From an uncultured Nitrospiraceae bacterium (GTDB lineage Bacteria > Nitrospirota > Nitrospiria > Nitrospirales > Nitrospiraceae): DNA of 64,000 bases. The notes beneath the pieces are model-generated. The model was given only the letters and a program-made list of their open reading frames with translations, did no database searches and was not told the origin of the DNA. The translations under genes were made by a program, and so were the position numbers. Within the stretch, counting starts at the first letter, position 1. Every line of letters begins with the position of its first letter. Shown here piece by piece: positions 24,407 through 35,244 of this stretch. The stretch spans positions 160,001 through 224,000 of the forward strand of contig CAVPLT010000007.1 in the NCBI GenBank assembly GCA_963706325.1. The letters run 5' to 3'.

Positions 24407-24575
24407 CGCTTTTCTCTGTACGTCCATCATACAGACGCGGAGCGTGAATGGGTTGTATGATCGCACCCCTATCGGTTACTTGGACAAAGGTCTCGTCGAA
24501 GCCGAGGCCAAGAGATGGACGGTCGTGGGTATGAAGAAAGATTGGAATCGGGTGTGTCCATCCAAGGAGCCGTGA
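24407..24575 (+). pseudogene. C-terminal remnant of a HAD-family hydrolase
   Basis: RFSLYVHHTDAEREW, then frameshift to YDR...IGYLDKGLVEAEAKRWTVVGMKKDWNRV. Confidence 0.7.
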
Positions 24576-24791
24576 TCGGACCAGTCGTGAGTAGATGCGT
24601 GCATTATATTCAAGCTGTCAAACGGGCATGAACGCATCGATGACAAGCAACAATGATTAAACGAAGGAGAGAGACGTGAGACGAGTCGCGAGGTGGTTGC
24701 CCCTACAGCCGGTCCGCATCACGCTTGGTTTAAGCCGATCCGGAGTGAATGAATCGCTCCATCAGCCATTGAAATGCACGGTGAGGATGTT

Positions 24792-26252
24792 ATGACGACT
24801 CGAAATGGGTTCTTAATCAACGTTGATGCACCACACGGCTTCACAACCGGGATCAGGATGGGGATAGTCCTGTGCCTGCTATCGGGATGCGTGGCTTCTC
24901 CAACCTATACGGTTCCGCCGCCAAAGCCGGGCCAGACATCCTGCAGTCATGTGATGAAACCAAGTGACACACTGATCGGAATCGCGATATCGGGAGGGGG
25001 AAGTCGAGCGGCATTGTTCGGGGCGGCCGGCCTGGAAGCGCTGGCGAAGCTGCAAGTCGGTCCGCCTGCACATTCCCTGTTGGAAGACGTCTCGATGATT
25101 TCCAGTGTCTCTGGCGGCAGCATGGCGACGTCCTACTTTGCCGCCGTGAAACCGCGAAAGGACGTGCCGATCCTGACTTCTTCAAGAGAATTGAGCGGAG
25201 AGTATGAGTCGTTCTTCGCGCAGTACAAAAAAATCATGAACCAGGATTTTGAGGGTCCGCTCTTTTGGCGGAACATGCTGCGATTGCGGTGGTTCAATCC
25301 GGCTTGGACGGCTAAGTCCCTCAGTGAACATCTCAATAATCAGTTCTTGGACGGCCTGACATTTAAAGAGGTTCGCGAGCGGGAATTGAACGGCGATATA
25401 CCGCGACTCCTTATTAACACTACCCTATACAACGATGGGCGTCGATTCGTGATCACGACATTGCCGCATGAACAGACTCAATACGACTTATTGAAAGATG
25501 TGAGTCGGTCGATGGGGACGAGCCCTCGTTCGAAGGAATACCTCGAACTGATGAAAGTGAAATGGGCGTCGCTGCAGTCGGTGACTCCTGAGGCGCTGAA
25601 CCTCGACCTGTGCGGCATTCAACTAGGTGCGGCAGTTACCGCGTCCATGTCGTTCCCTCCAGTAATCGGCCCCATTACCTTCAAGGTTGAGGGGGAGGAT
25701 CGGTACTGGCATGCAGGGGACGGGGGATTGTCCGACAATATGGGGCTGGAGTCATTGACAACCGTGGGGTTAAACGCCCTCCAGCAGAATGTGGCTCGTC
25801 GGGTACTCATCATCGCGTTCGATAGTTCGTTCCCCTTCCAGATAGGGTCGGATCGCCTGGATCACTTTCCCGAGGGTTTTACATTATTTAATTATGACTT
25901 CGGCCGCATCCCCGGCATCATGGAAGAACGGGCGGTAGCGTATCGGACACTTTATATGCGCACGTTGGCGGAGCAGGGCGTGTTGCCAGACGAGAGTCGA
26001 TTTAAATTCATTCAGCTGAGGCACGTTGACGCGGTGTGGCTGGACGATCTGAGTGATCTCCCAGAATCATGTAAGAATGAAAAGGTGAAGCTGACGAACC
26101 CGCTGATGGTTCAAAAGCGCCTCTCGAGCGTCGTAACCAGGCTCTGGCTCGAATCCGATTGCGATCGTGATTTGGTGTCCATGGCCGCGGTGAAGCTGGT
26201 GGAAGCGAAAAAAGCCGAGATTCAACAATTCTTGCAACAGCCGCATCCATAG
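24792..26252 (+). CDS. Patatin-like phospholipase, putative lipoprotein
   Basis: ISGGGSRAA, SSVSGGS nucleophile elbow, DGG; LLSGC lipobox. Confidence 0.85.
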   Translation: MTTRNGFLINVDAPHGFTTGIRMGIVLCLLSGCVASPTYTVPPPKPGQTSCSHVMKPSDTLIGIAISGGGSRAALFGAAGLEALAKLQVGPPAHSLLEDVSMISSVSGGSMATSYFAAVKPRKDVPILTSSRELSGEYESFFAQYKKIMNQDFEGPLFWRNMLRLRWFNPAWTAKSLSEHLNNQFLDGLTFKEVRERELNGDIPRLLINTTLYNDGRRFVITTLPHEQTQYDLLKDVSRSMGTSPRSKEYLELMKVKWASLQSVTPEALNLDLCGIQLGAAVTASMSFPPVIGPITFKVEGEDRYWHAGDGGLSDNMGLESLTTVGLNALQQNVARRVLIIAFDSSFPFQIGSDRLDHFPEGFTLFNYDFGRIPGIMEERAVAYRTLYMRTLAEQGVLPDESRFKFIQLRHVDAVWLDDLSDLPESCKNEKVKLTNPLMVQKRLSSVVTRLWLESDCDRDLVSMAAVKLVEAKKAEIQQFLQQPHP

Positions 26253-26488
26253 ACGGCCACAAGTCTTTCATTCCGACAAGACCCCACGTGTCAAGTGCTT
26301 CCTGGCCAGGTCCTACGCGTCTTGGACAGGGCAGAGCCGCTGATGACGGGCGGCTCTGCCCTGAGGGGCTGATGGTGGGTCAGCTTCATGAAAGGTGCTA
26401 CCCCATAGCTAGTTATGATTCCCCCCCGGCATTGGAAGGGCCGCGACATTCATCGCCCAGGGAAACCGGTACTCCTCGAAGCCGGAGA

Positions 26489-27055
26489 TCATTGGCGCCG
26501 GAACGTCGGGTCGGTGAAGGTGCCGGGGTTGCTGGTACTGTAGGAACCCGTAGGGATATAGATCGCTTCGTAGGTTGCGAACGAGAAGTTCCCACCGAGT
26601 TTCCAGGACAGATAGGCGGGGATCAGGCCTGATTGGCCGATGCCGAAATTGCTCTTACTCGACTGCGTCGATCCGCCGGCGGTCGTCAGCGTCGTATCCA
26701 AAGACGCCCAGGGAAAGGCGAGCCAACCGCCGACAGAGAACAACGCACCGCCCAGGACCGGAGTCGTAAAGGTGTACAGGCCCAACGGCGCGTCAAACAC
26801 TTGTATGCTGTCGACATTAGTCGCCGCCCTGTTGTTCAAGACAGCTCTCTCAACAGTGCTCGACACGTAGCCCAAATAGTTGATCACGGCGAACGAACCC
26901 GGCGGAGGCTGCATGGCCACAGCCAGATTGCCGTACGTTCCCGGCGCGTAGTTGCTGCTCGCGCCTTCGGCCGCCTGCGCGACCGGACACGCCCACGACC
27001 TGATTATCGCCAGGATGACCAGCATCAACAAGCCGATTGTGAGAGGCGGACGCAT
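26489..27055 (-). pseudogene. Truncated SphA/MetA-type outer-membrane channel (N-terminal half only)
   Basis: Signal peptide + AEGASSNYAPG...PPPG...TPVLGG...YIPTGSY, stopping at 188 aa. Confidence 0.6.
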
Positions 27056-27308
27056 CCTCGGACTCCTTTGTAGCTGCCCGGGGGTTGAGAGATCCTTCAG
27101 TTCCCGAATTCCATGGCCTTAAGCGCTTTGGTATTGGGTACTTCGCCTGTGGCTTCTGGCACTAGCGATCAGCTTCACATATGAGCCCTTTCGCTGTTCA
27201 ATGGACGGCACACGCGGATGACGTCTGCTGCCCTCTCGCATACGTTGTGGTTCTCAGGTGACACGTACCCGCCCCGGCACGAGCGGGAGCGGATGGGGAT
27301 GCCTTCGA

Positions 27309-29727
27309 TTACTCCCCGGCCTTTCGGGCGAGCTTGGCCTGCTCCTGCTGTTCCATCTCTGCAGCGCCGAGTTTGATCGGCGTTACTTCGACGGTCACCT
27401 TGTCGATCTTGCCGGTGAACTTGTTGTCGCCTTCCTTGTAGTCGTCCGTCACCGGCGTCTCGCCGTCCAGGCCGACGTCCGCGCCTTCGTCGGCCGAGAA
27501 GATGATTGGCCTGCGTGCGGTCGATCTGCCCTTCGGCGACCTTCTCGCCGTTGACGAAGATCGTGCCCGTGCCGCCCTTGCCGAGCCCGCCGCCGTCGTA
27601 GGCGAACTCGTAGCGGATCGTCACCTTGCCCTCGGGCAGCGCCTCGGTCGCGGCGACCTTGGACGAGCTGAGGCCGAGGAAGTTGTAGGCGTACATCGGC
27701 TTGCCATCCTTGACGTACAGGCTCCAGCCGCCGAAGCGGCCCGCCTGGGACGAGGATCACGCCGTTGGCCCCGCCCTTCGGGATCGTCACCTCGGCGGTG
27801 ATGGTGTGCGACCGGTTCTTGGTGTTGATGAAGACGTTCTCCGTCATCCCGATCATGCCCTCGTAGACCGTCAGCGAGGTGCGGCCGGCCATCAGGTCGG
27901 GACGGCCGACGAGGGCGGCGTTGGTCCGCTCGAGCGACGCGATCGTCGAGCGGCAAGACATGGTTCTTGACCGCTTCCTTCAGGAACAGCTCCTGCAGTT
28001 CCTTGAGCTTCTCGGGGTTCTTCGCGGCCAGATCGTTCGCCGAGCTGAAGTCCTCATCGACGTGGTAGAGCTCCCACTTGTCTTCGAGGAACGGGCTGCC
28101 GCGGCTTGCATCTCCCAGGCGGCGCGGTGGACGGTGTGGGCCAGCCAGCCGTCGTGGTAGATGCCGCGGTTGCCGAAGATCTCGAAGTACTGCGTCTTGT
28201 GCCGGTCCTTCGCCTTGGCGTCGGCGAAGGTGTAGACCATGCTCACGCCTTCGATGGGCGTCTGCGGCGTGCCGTTGACCGACCTTGGGCTCGGGCAGGC
28301 CGGCCGCTTCGAGGATGGTCGGCGCGATGTCGATGACGTGATGCCACTGCGACCGCACCTCGCCCTTGGCCTTGATCCCCTTGGGCCAGTGGACGACCAG
28401 CGGGTTGCGGAGCCGCCGTAGCTGCCGGCGACCTGCTTCGTCCAGGCGAACGGCGCGTCGCCGGCCACGGCCCAGCCGGCGGCGTAGTGGCGGGTAGGAG
28501 TTCGGGCCGCCCAGGTCGTCGAAGTGCTTGAGGATCTCCGGCGACGGTTTCGGGCACGCCGTTGAAGTAGGTCATCTCGTTGAACAGGCCGTTCATGGTG
28601 CCTTCGGCGCTCGCGCCGTTGTCGCCGACCTCGTAGAAGATGAGCGTGTTGTCCAGCTGGCCGAGGTCCTCGATGGCCTGGATGAGCCGGCCGATCTCGA
28701 AGTCGGCGTACTCGCCGAAGCCGGCGAAGACTTCCATCTGGCGGGCGAAGAGCTTCTTCTCGTCGGCGCTCAGCTTGTCCCAGTCCTTGATGGCCTCGGG
28801 CTTGGGGGCGAGCTTGGTGCCGGCGGGAACGACGCCGAGCTTGATCTGGCGGGCCAGCGTCTCCTCGCGGAGCTTGTCCCAGCCCTGGTCGAACTTGCCC
28901 TTGTACTTGGCGATCCACTCCTTCGGGGCGTGGTGCGGGGCGTGCGTGGCGCCCGGCGCGAAGTAGGTGAAGAACGGCTTGTCCGGCGTCAGCGACTTCT
29001 GGGCGCTCGTCCACTTGATCGCCTGGTTGGTCATGTCGGTCATGAAGTGGTAGTTCGGGTCCTTCGGCAGCTCGACGCGGCTCATGTCCTCGTAGATGGC
29101 CGGCGCCCACTGGTTCGTTTCGCCGCCGATGAAGCCGTAGAACTTGTCGAAGCCGGAGCGGGTCGGCCAGCGGTCGGTCGGGCCGGACGGGCTGACTTCC
29201 CAGGCGGCGGTCTCGTGCGACTTGCCGAAGGCGGCCGTGCTGTAGCCGTTGAGCCGCAGCATCTCGGCCAGCGGCGCGACGCTGTTCGGGCGCTGCCCGG
29301 TCTGGCCGGGGAAGGCGGTGGCGGTCTCGGTGATCGAGCCCATGTTGCAGACGTGATGGTTGCGGCCGGTCAGCAGCGCCGCGCGGGTCGGCGAGCAGAG
29401 CGCCGTGGTGTGGAACTGGTTGTAGCGCAGCCCGCCCTTCGCCAGCTTCTCCAGCGTCGGCATGTGGATCGGCCCGCCGAAGGCGCTGGACTGGCCGAAG
29501 CCCATGTCGTCGATCAGGACGATCAGCACGTTCGGGCGCCTTGCCGGCGCCTTGACCTCGAACCGCGGCGGGGCCTTGGCGTTGCGGGCGTCGAGCGTCG
29601 TGATCGGCGCGAGCTTCGGCTCCGGGATCGGCAGGACCGTGCGGTCGAGCGGCACTGTCTGCGCAAGAGCGGTCGTGGCGCCTACCGCGAAAACCAGCAT
29701 CGCCGCGAGGCAGGGTCTTGTTCTCAT
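27309..29727 (-). pseudogene. Arylsulfatase (Cys-type) with at least eight single-base frameshifts
   Basis: PNVLIVLIDDMGFG, ALCSPTRAALLTGRNHH, FGKSH, DNGASAEG; continuation reconstructable across frames to ...KFTGKIDKVTV...AGE*. Confidence 0.9.
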
Positions 29728-29950
29728 GATTCTCTCCTTTTTATGAACTGACCGGTGTGCTGACTTCGCCCGCGTCAGCTCGGCGCCGGCCAGCAGAGAT
29801 AGCGTGTGTGCAGCTTCATGGTTGTCCTCCCACGGTCCACATAAATTCTCGAAACCTCCCCAGAGCCAGCTCTTATCGAAGAGCTTCTTGATTGTAGAAG
29901 CGGAAGAGGAAATGCTTGGCACATATATAAGGGGAAGGGGAGGAGGTGGA

Positions 29951-29970
29951 AACTGTCAAAACTGACAGTA
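29951..29970 (-). promoter_or_regulatory. lux-box-like site 2 (rc TACTGTCAGTTTTGACAGTT) upstream of the arylsulfatase
   Basis: Consensus match; TATATA 21 bp downstream on the minus strand (29929-29924). Confidence 0.75.
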
Positions 29971-30689
29971 AGAGGAATGTTTGCGGGTAGAGCAGTTCGA
30001 GGCATCGTTAAACCACTCCTCGAGCAGATGTTTGATGGCGACCTTTTTCGTGAGGAAGTTACATGCGGCCTATGCGGCTTTTGTACAGTTGAGCCGAATC
30101 AGCTAGTAGGCATTAGCAGCTCCGAGAAAAGTTCATCTGTCCGGATATTCTGACAGACTACAACACAACGTTACTCATGGCTCCGCTGCGCAAGTCGTTT
30201 ATAGGTCTCGATATTCTAAGGCTTGGTCGGCGGTTAAATTCGTTGGTCGTCCATGCGCAGACCTATCCCTGATATCGCGAAGCCTGTTAAAAATCTCATA
30301 GGTTTGTCGGCCCACCTTTCATGGCATTCGAATCTAATATTTTGATGTCAGAGTCACGGTGAGCTTGTTTAGCTTCTGGGTCTCAGATATTCGTCGTCTA
30401 TAATGCTTCGAGCAAACTGCGGAACTGGTTCAGTTGGAGTGGTATGACTATTAATTCCGTACAGAGGTCCGCTGATTGTCGGTCCAGTCAAAATCTACCT
30501 CAGGACATTTATCAGGCCGGCCAAGCCTTGGCGCGCGCGAATCGTTCGTGGTTGGCAAGGGCTGTTAACGCGGCGCGAACGACCGGAAAACTTCAATACG
30601 GCCCTGCACCGGAAACGGGAAGACATCAAGGTGGTCATTCAATGTGCCGACGCATTGCCGTGGGCGAGATAACCAAGCTTCGTCGCGCC

Positions 30690-30916
30690 CCGACGGCATG
30701 CTGGAAGCCACCGATACGAAGCACGCCCCCTGGCATCTTGTGCATTCGGATGACAAGAAACGGGCTCGCCTCAACTGCATCAGCCATTTGCTCTCACAAA
30801 TCCCTTACAAGGACCTTCCGCGAGAAAAACTCTCGATACCTAAGCGATCCAAGAAAGGCGCATACGACGATGACGCCATCTTGAAAAGCAGGAATTTTGT
30901 ACGGGACCTGTATTGA
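30690..30916 (+). pseudogene. ppk2: 3' fragment of a third, diverged ppk2
   Basis: MLEATDTKHAPWHLVHSDDKKRARLNCISHLL...RNFVRDLY. Confidence 0.9.
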
Positions 30917-30967
30917 TGCTTGAAGCGGGCAGCACATCTTCTAGGGAAGAAAGCGTCGCATCTCCGA

Positions 30968-31462
30968 TCAGCGGCTGAGGATCATGTGCCAGAGCTTACC
31001 ATGTCCTAGACGGCGGTTGATTCCGTGGTAGAGATGGTAGCCGCCAAAGACTAAGCCGACCGTGATGACTTTGGCCAACGAGACGTTGAGATCAATCTGC
31101 GTCCACGCTTTCAAGATAGCGTCGCCAAGCGTCCCCGTCTCTTGGTACGCATGCCATATCCGCTCGATGAATAGGATGGGGGCGCTGACGGCGCAATAGA
31201 ACAAGGTCTTGCACAGCGTGGCGACCCAGATTGGCTGCCCCGCGTCGAGACGGGTGGCGACTGGAGTCATGTCAAGGAGCACAACCACCTTCGCGAGGGC
31301 AAACGCGCCGACCACGGTCGGCACGAGGGCGGAAAACTCGATCTGATGACTGGCCAGAACCAGTTTCTTGAGCGTCGTAAAAATGCCAAAGCTAATGAGC
31401 AAATAGAGGGCGATGCCCCCGACGTGCCGGACTTCGCGCTTGAGGACGGAGAGCATCCCCAT
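30968..31462 (-). CDS. Hypothetical membrane protein (about 4 TM segments)
   Basis: GGAGG RBS; hydrophobic segments; paralog at 23839-24260. Confidence 0.75.
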   Translation of the reverse strand: MGMLSVLKREVRHVGGIALYLLISFGIFTTLKKLVLASHQIEFSALVPTVVGAFALAKVVVLLDMTPVATRLDAGQPIWVATLCKTLFYCAVSAPILFIERIWHAYQETGTLGDAILKAWTQIDLNVSLAKVITVGLVFGGYHLYHGINRRLGHGKLWHMILSR

Positions 31463-31779
31463 ACTATGACCTCCAGCCTGTCAGCCTCTGGGCTGATCTT
31501 GGTTCATCTTGCACAAAGGAGAGGAAACTGAAAGAGCGGTAAGTGGCTTTCCGAGCTGAACTTTGCGAACTCTTCAATTTGAGGTCTCTAAGGTCGTCCC
31601 ACCCGCGGATCAGGTAAGCGTTTTATGACCCTACTCCGCCCATTCACGCCAAGTCTAGCCTAGAGATAGGGAAAAACGAAAAGGGCGGAGCTTGCGTCTC
31701 GCCAGATTCCCCGGTCATGCCTTGGCACACGACCGAGTCCTCCGGAACCACCGTGCGGGCACATGGCCGGGTGTTCCGC

Positions 31780-32664
31780 TCACTTCGCCGCATTGGCTCC
31801 TTTGACGCGCAGGTTGACTCCATACAGTCCGGTGCTAGCTGTAATAAAGAGGGTGTGTTTATCCTTGGCGCCAAAGCTCACGTTCGCCGTCCAGCCCTCA
31901 TTAAGCACCTTAAGGTGGTCAATCTGCCGGCCTGTCTTGTCAAAGACCAGCACCCCCTTGCCCGTCAGATAAAGATTACCTTCGTTGTCTAGTGTCATGC
32001 CGTCCGAACCCTGCTCGACCATGAGCGTCTTGTGGGTCAAGCGCCCATCTTGTGCGATGTCGAATCGGTAGGTCTTTCCCGCGCCGATATCCGCCACGTA
32101 GAGTCTTTTCCCGTCCGGCGTCCCAATGATGCCGTTGGGCTGTTCCAGATCATCGGTTACGCGCACAAGCTGTCGACGGTCAGCGGAGAGAAAGTAAACG
32201 TGCTGACCATCCTGCGGCATCGTGTCGTGCGTCCACCAGGACCGAGGATAGAAGGGGTCGGTGAAGTAGAGCGCCCCGTCGGGCCGCACCCAGACATCAT
32301 TCGGGCCATTAAGAGGTCTGCCGTTGTATTCCCTAAGGATCACGGTCACTGTACCGTCCGGCGTAATGGACCACAGCGCGTTCGTTTGATCGGCGCAGGC
32401 GATCAGGTTACCCTTGTGGTCGAAATACATGCCGTTGGCGCGACCAGCCGGTTGCAGGAAGGTAGACAGTTGACCCTCCACGCTCCACTTCAAGATGCGA
32501 TCATTGGGCTGGTCGGTGAAAAAGACGTTGCCCTCCGCATCACAGGTCGGTCCCTCGGTGAATTCAAAGCCGCCGGCCAGTTTCTCGACTTTTGCGCCGG
32601 GCGCGACCACACCGTCGCCCGCGACGGACTGTGAGTGGTCCACGATCAATCCCAGCCCCAGCAC
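31780..32664 (-). CDS. SMP-30/gluconolactonase/LRE family protein (signal peptide possibly frameshifted)
   Basis: FTEGP, FFTD, LNGPND, YFTDP, PNGI..TPDG, GSDGMTLD. Confidence 0.9.
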   Translation of the reverse strand: MLGLGLIVDHSQSVAGDGVVAPGAKVEKLAGGFEFTEGPTCDAEGNVFFTDQPNDRILKWSVEGQLSTFLQPAGRANGMYFDHKGNLIACADQTNALWSITPDGTVTVILREYNGRPLNGPNDVWVRPDGALYFTDPFYPRSWWTHDTMPQDGQHVYFLSADRRQLVRVTDDLEQPNGIIGTPDGKRLYVADIGAGKTYRFDIAQDGRLTHKTLMVEQGSDGMTLDNEGNLYLTGKGVLVFDKTGRQIDHLKVLNEGWTANVSFGAKDKHTLFITASTGLYGVNLRVKGANAAK

Positions 32665-32834
32665 ATCGCAGTCAACGTTCGTCTCATCAGACTGTCGCTT
32701 CCATTGATTCGGGTCTCTGTCTACTATTGCGGCCCAGGAATGGTTTTTGAGCCAGAGACGGAGTCGTGAATGAGGCGGTGGTCGCTTCCCTCAGATAGGA
32801 AATTCCGCAAAGCATCCGTCGACAATGCGACCAT

Positions 32835-32879
32835 AAAAAACAACATCCCCGCAGGGACATCAGTCCCAGCGGGGATGTT
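32835..32879 (-). terminator. Rho-independent terminator
   Basis: AACATCCCCGC.GGGAC / GTCCC.GCGGGGATGTT stem followed by T6 on the minus strand, just after the 32906 stop. Confidence 0.8.
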
Positions 32880-32905
32880 CATGACTCGGGCAGCGGACAG
32901 CTGCT

Positions 32906-33583
32906 CTACGGTGCGACGTAACTGCCGTACTTCGGCACGGTGTCGCATGGCGCATCGGTTTTATTGGCAGCCTTGCAGAGATTCAATAATGCCCCCTGCG
33001 CCGCCAATCGGGCTTCTTTATGTTCTCCCGCCTTGCCATAATCGACGGCTAACTGAAGCAAATGCTGCGCGCGTTTGTCGCCGTTCCCTGGCATGCTCAG
33101 CGCCTGTTGCAGCTTTGCCGTCGCGGACTTGGTGACACCGACGTCCGAACCCCAGCGCCGGTTGGGATCAACGGTTGTCCGTTTGCCCAGCCCGGGGGGA
33201 TCGCTCAATTCCACGATCGCAGCATTCGTTAGATTAATCGCATCAGCCGTTCGAGCGTTCGCATCAGCCGTTCGAGCGTTCGCATCGGCCGTTCGAGCGT
33301 TCGCATCGGCCGTCTCGTTTAGTTCCTTGCGACTTCTACTCTGCGATACACCGGCAGCGGCGTCGGCCTTTCCCTCGGTAAGCTGTGTCTGACACATCGG
33401 TGAGAACTTGCGGATGTTGTCATCAAAACACTTTTGGATACGCCCGAAACCAGGCTCAACGAGCCCGCAGTATGTATCTACCTCGTCGATACACTTAGGA
33501 TCTACGCCCTGGGATTGTGCAGGCGGGACAGTCGTAAGCAGAGAAAGGAGAAATATTACCAGAACCATCGTCTTTGCTCGCAT
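32906..33583 (-). CDS. Secreted protein with N-terminal 4-Cys repeat domain and ANARTAD heptad repeats
   Basis: AGGAGG RBS; signal peptide; C-x7-C..VEPG.GRI..C...SP.C domain. Confidence 0.7.
   Translation of the reverse strand: MRAKTMVLVIFLLSLLTTVPPAQSQGVDPKCIDEVDTYCGLVEPGFGRIQKCFDDNIRKFSPMCQTQLTEGKADAAAGVSQSRSRKELNETADANARTADANARTADANARTADAINLTNAAIVELSDPPGLGKRTTVDPNRRWGSDVGVTKSATAKLQQALSMPGNGDKRAQHLLQLAVDYGKAGEHKEARLAAQGALLNLCKAANKTDAPCDTVPKYGSYVAP
33238..33313. repeat. 21-bp coding tandem repeat, ~3.6 copies
   Basis: Unit TCGCATC(A/G)GCCGTTCGAGCGT. Confidence 0.92.
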
Positions 33584-34336
33584 GCTCAACCTCCTGTTTG
33601 CAGTGAGTGTTTCCGCTTACGCGGGATATAGTGAGCCCATAGGTCAATCAATTGTCCCGTCGGCGGAGTGCTAGTCCGTGAGCCATCCTTCATCATCAGC
33701 CATGCCACATTGGACCATTCCGTCAAGGCCACAGCTTCCTCCGGGAAGGCGAGAGCGAGCAGGGCAAATTGGTCGGTCAGCCTTCTGCATCAGGAGGTAG
33801 CGTTCCGAGCTGCACTTCGAGGAGTCCGTTTCCTGAAGGGTAGGAAAGTAGGGTGACCGGTTCTTCTTTGAGATGGCAGCCATGCGTAGAATGCCATACT
33901 CTCTATACCTCTATATGTCAATAGCATTCCTCTGCCCAAGCGCGCTGTTCCCACGTCTTTAATTCGAAGAGGTGATTTGGAACAAACCGAAAAAGCGCAA
34001 ACCCTGGGTCATTCAACAGCAGGGAAAACGGCCTGAGAAGGATTGGGGGGAGGAATCTCCCTATCCCCACCAGAGATTATCTCCGAAGCCGACTGGAAAG
34101 CTGCCCACCGACCGCCTAAGCGCTACACGTGCCGTGCATCTGCAGGGGAGAAAGGGCGCCCAGGCTTTTTCTAGGGATGCAGGATCTACTACCAGAGGGA
34201 AGGTCGAGCAGCGCGCTCCAATCATCACCTGGCGTCAATGGAAGCGGCTAATGAGATCACCCGGCGCCCAGTGGGGCGCCGGGGTACTGCCAATAACCTA
34301 CTCCCAATTTAGCCAGTGAGTCCTTTCCATGGCAGA

Positions 34337-34918
34337 TCAGGTCTTATTCAGCTTCGTGAATTTTGATCCTTCGAGCGTCAGGTTGTACATCAACCCTTTT
34401 TGCCCGATGACAAACCCCACGATTGGGTCTTTGATCGTCGACGTATCTAGCGTAGCTCCGGCACCCAAGGTCACCAGTGCAATAGAACCGTCCACGCCTG
34501 CCTTCCACCCGTTGCTGTCACGGAACTGCTTCAGTGCGTTGTCATCCAAAAACACGATAATGATGGTTTTGACCTGTCCTCCCATTTGGAAGCCAAAGGA
34601 CGCCGCAGCGGTGTTGTAATAATCGACCGTCTTGCCACCGATTCGAAGCGCGCCCTCACCGTACTCTGCTCCAATGCCAAACCCCCCCTTGAGCACGCCC
34701 GGGAACACCAATGCGCCTTTGGCGCTGTCCACGAAACTCTTGCCGCCTTTCACCTCTTTCTCGAACTGAGCAAGCCCTTCATCGACGCTGGCATCAATTT
34801 CTTTGGCGGAAGCCGCCGAGACGGGGCTGGGGAGCCACGCATTCAACGCGATTATGCACACTGCAAGCGCCGCTATGAGCCCCACGCCATAGAATCGGCA
34901 AGGAATCTGTCTCGTCAT
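34337..34918 (-). CDS. Ysc84/SYLF-domain exported protein
   Basis: LVFPGVLKGGFGIGAEYGEG...ASFGFQMGGQ...QKGLMYNLTLEGSKF. Confidence 0.88.
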   Translation of the reverse strand: MTRQIPCRFYGVGLIAALAVCIIALNAWLPSPVSAASAKEIDASVDEGLAQFEKEVKGGKSFVDSAKGALVFPGVLKGGFGIGAEYGEGALRIGGKTVDYYNTAAASFGFQMGGQVKTIIIVFLDDNALKQFRDSNGWKAGVDGSIALVTLGAGATLDTSTIKDPIVGFVIGQKGLMYNLTLEGSKFTKLNKT

Positions 34919-34961
34919 GATGACCTCCTATTGTGAAGAGTTGGCACTGAGATGCCAGCTC

Positions 34962-34992
34962 AAAAAAAACCAGCCCTCCCGTAGGGTAGGCT
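34962..34992 (-). terminator. Probable intrinsic terminator
   Basis: Minus strand AGCCTACCC-TAC-GGGAGGGCT-GG-T8. Confidence 0.55.
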
Positions 34993-35244
34993 CGGCACAC
35001 GCCACCTTCGGGTGTCAGATATCATCTCGTGTCTGGCGGACCCCGCAAGTCATTCGCCTGGCCCTTCTTGCCAGCTCCGACCAGTGAGAGCAACTCGGCC
35101 CGCGGTTTAACATCCATACTACCGACCGATTCAACCGAATGACGGTGAAGATATTTCTCGGCTGCCAGGACACGCTACAAGCGTTCTTACAATAGTCGAT
35201 AGCCGATTTCTTCTCCCTTGACCTGCACGACGGTTCGGCCAAGA

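Noticed and set aside
27500..28545. Programmed frameshifting in the arylsulfatase
   Set aside because: Too many indels and no slippery heptamers; sequencing error or decay explains it better.
30139..30158. GTCCGGATATTCTGACAGAC as a lux box
   Set aside because: Half-site only; CTGT...ACAG spacing is 12 rather than 8.
33238..33313. 21-bp repeats as a CRISPR array
   Set aside because: No spacers, in-frame within a CDS, and no cas genes.
34260..34283. GC hairpin CCCGGCGCCC-AGTG-GGGCGCCGGG after the Ysc84 gene
   Set aside because: No U-tract on either strand and no other copies, so it was not called as a terminator or REP.
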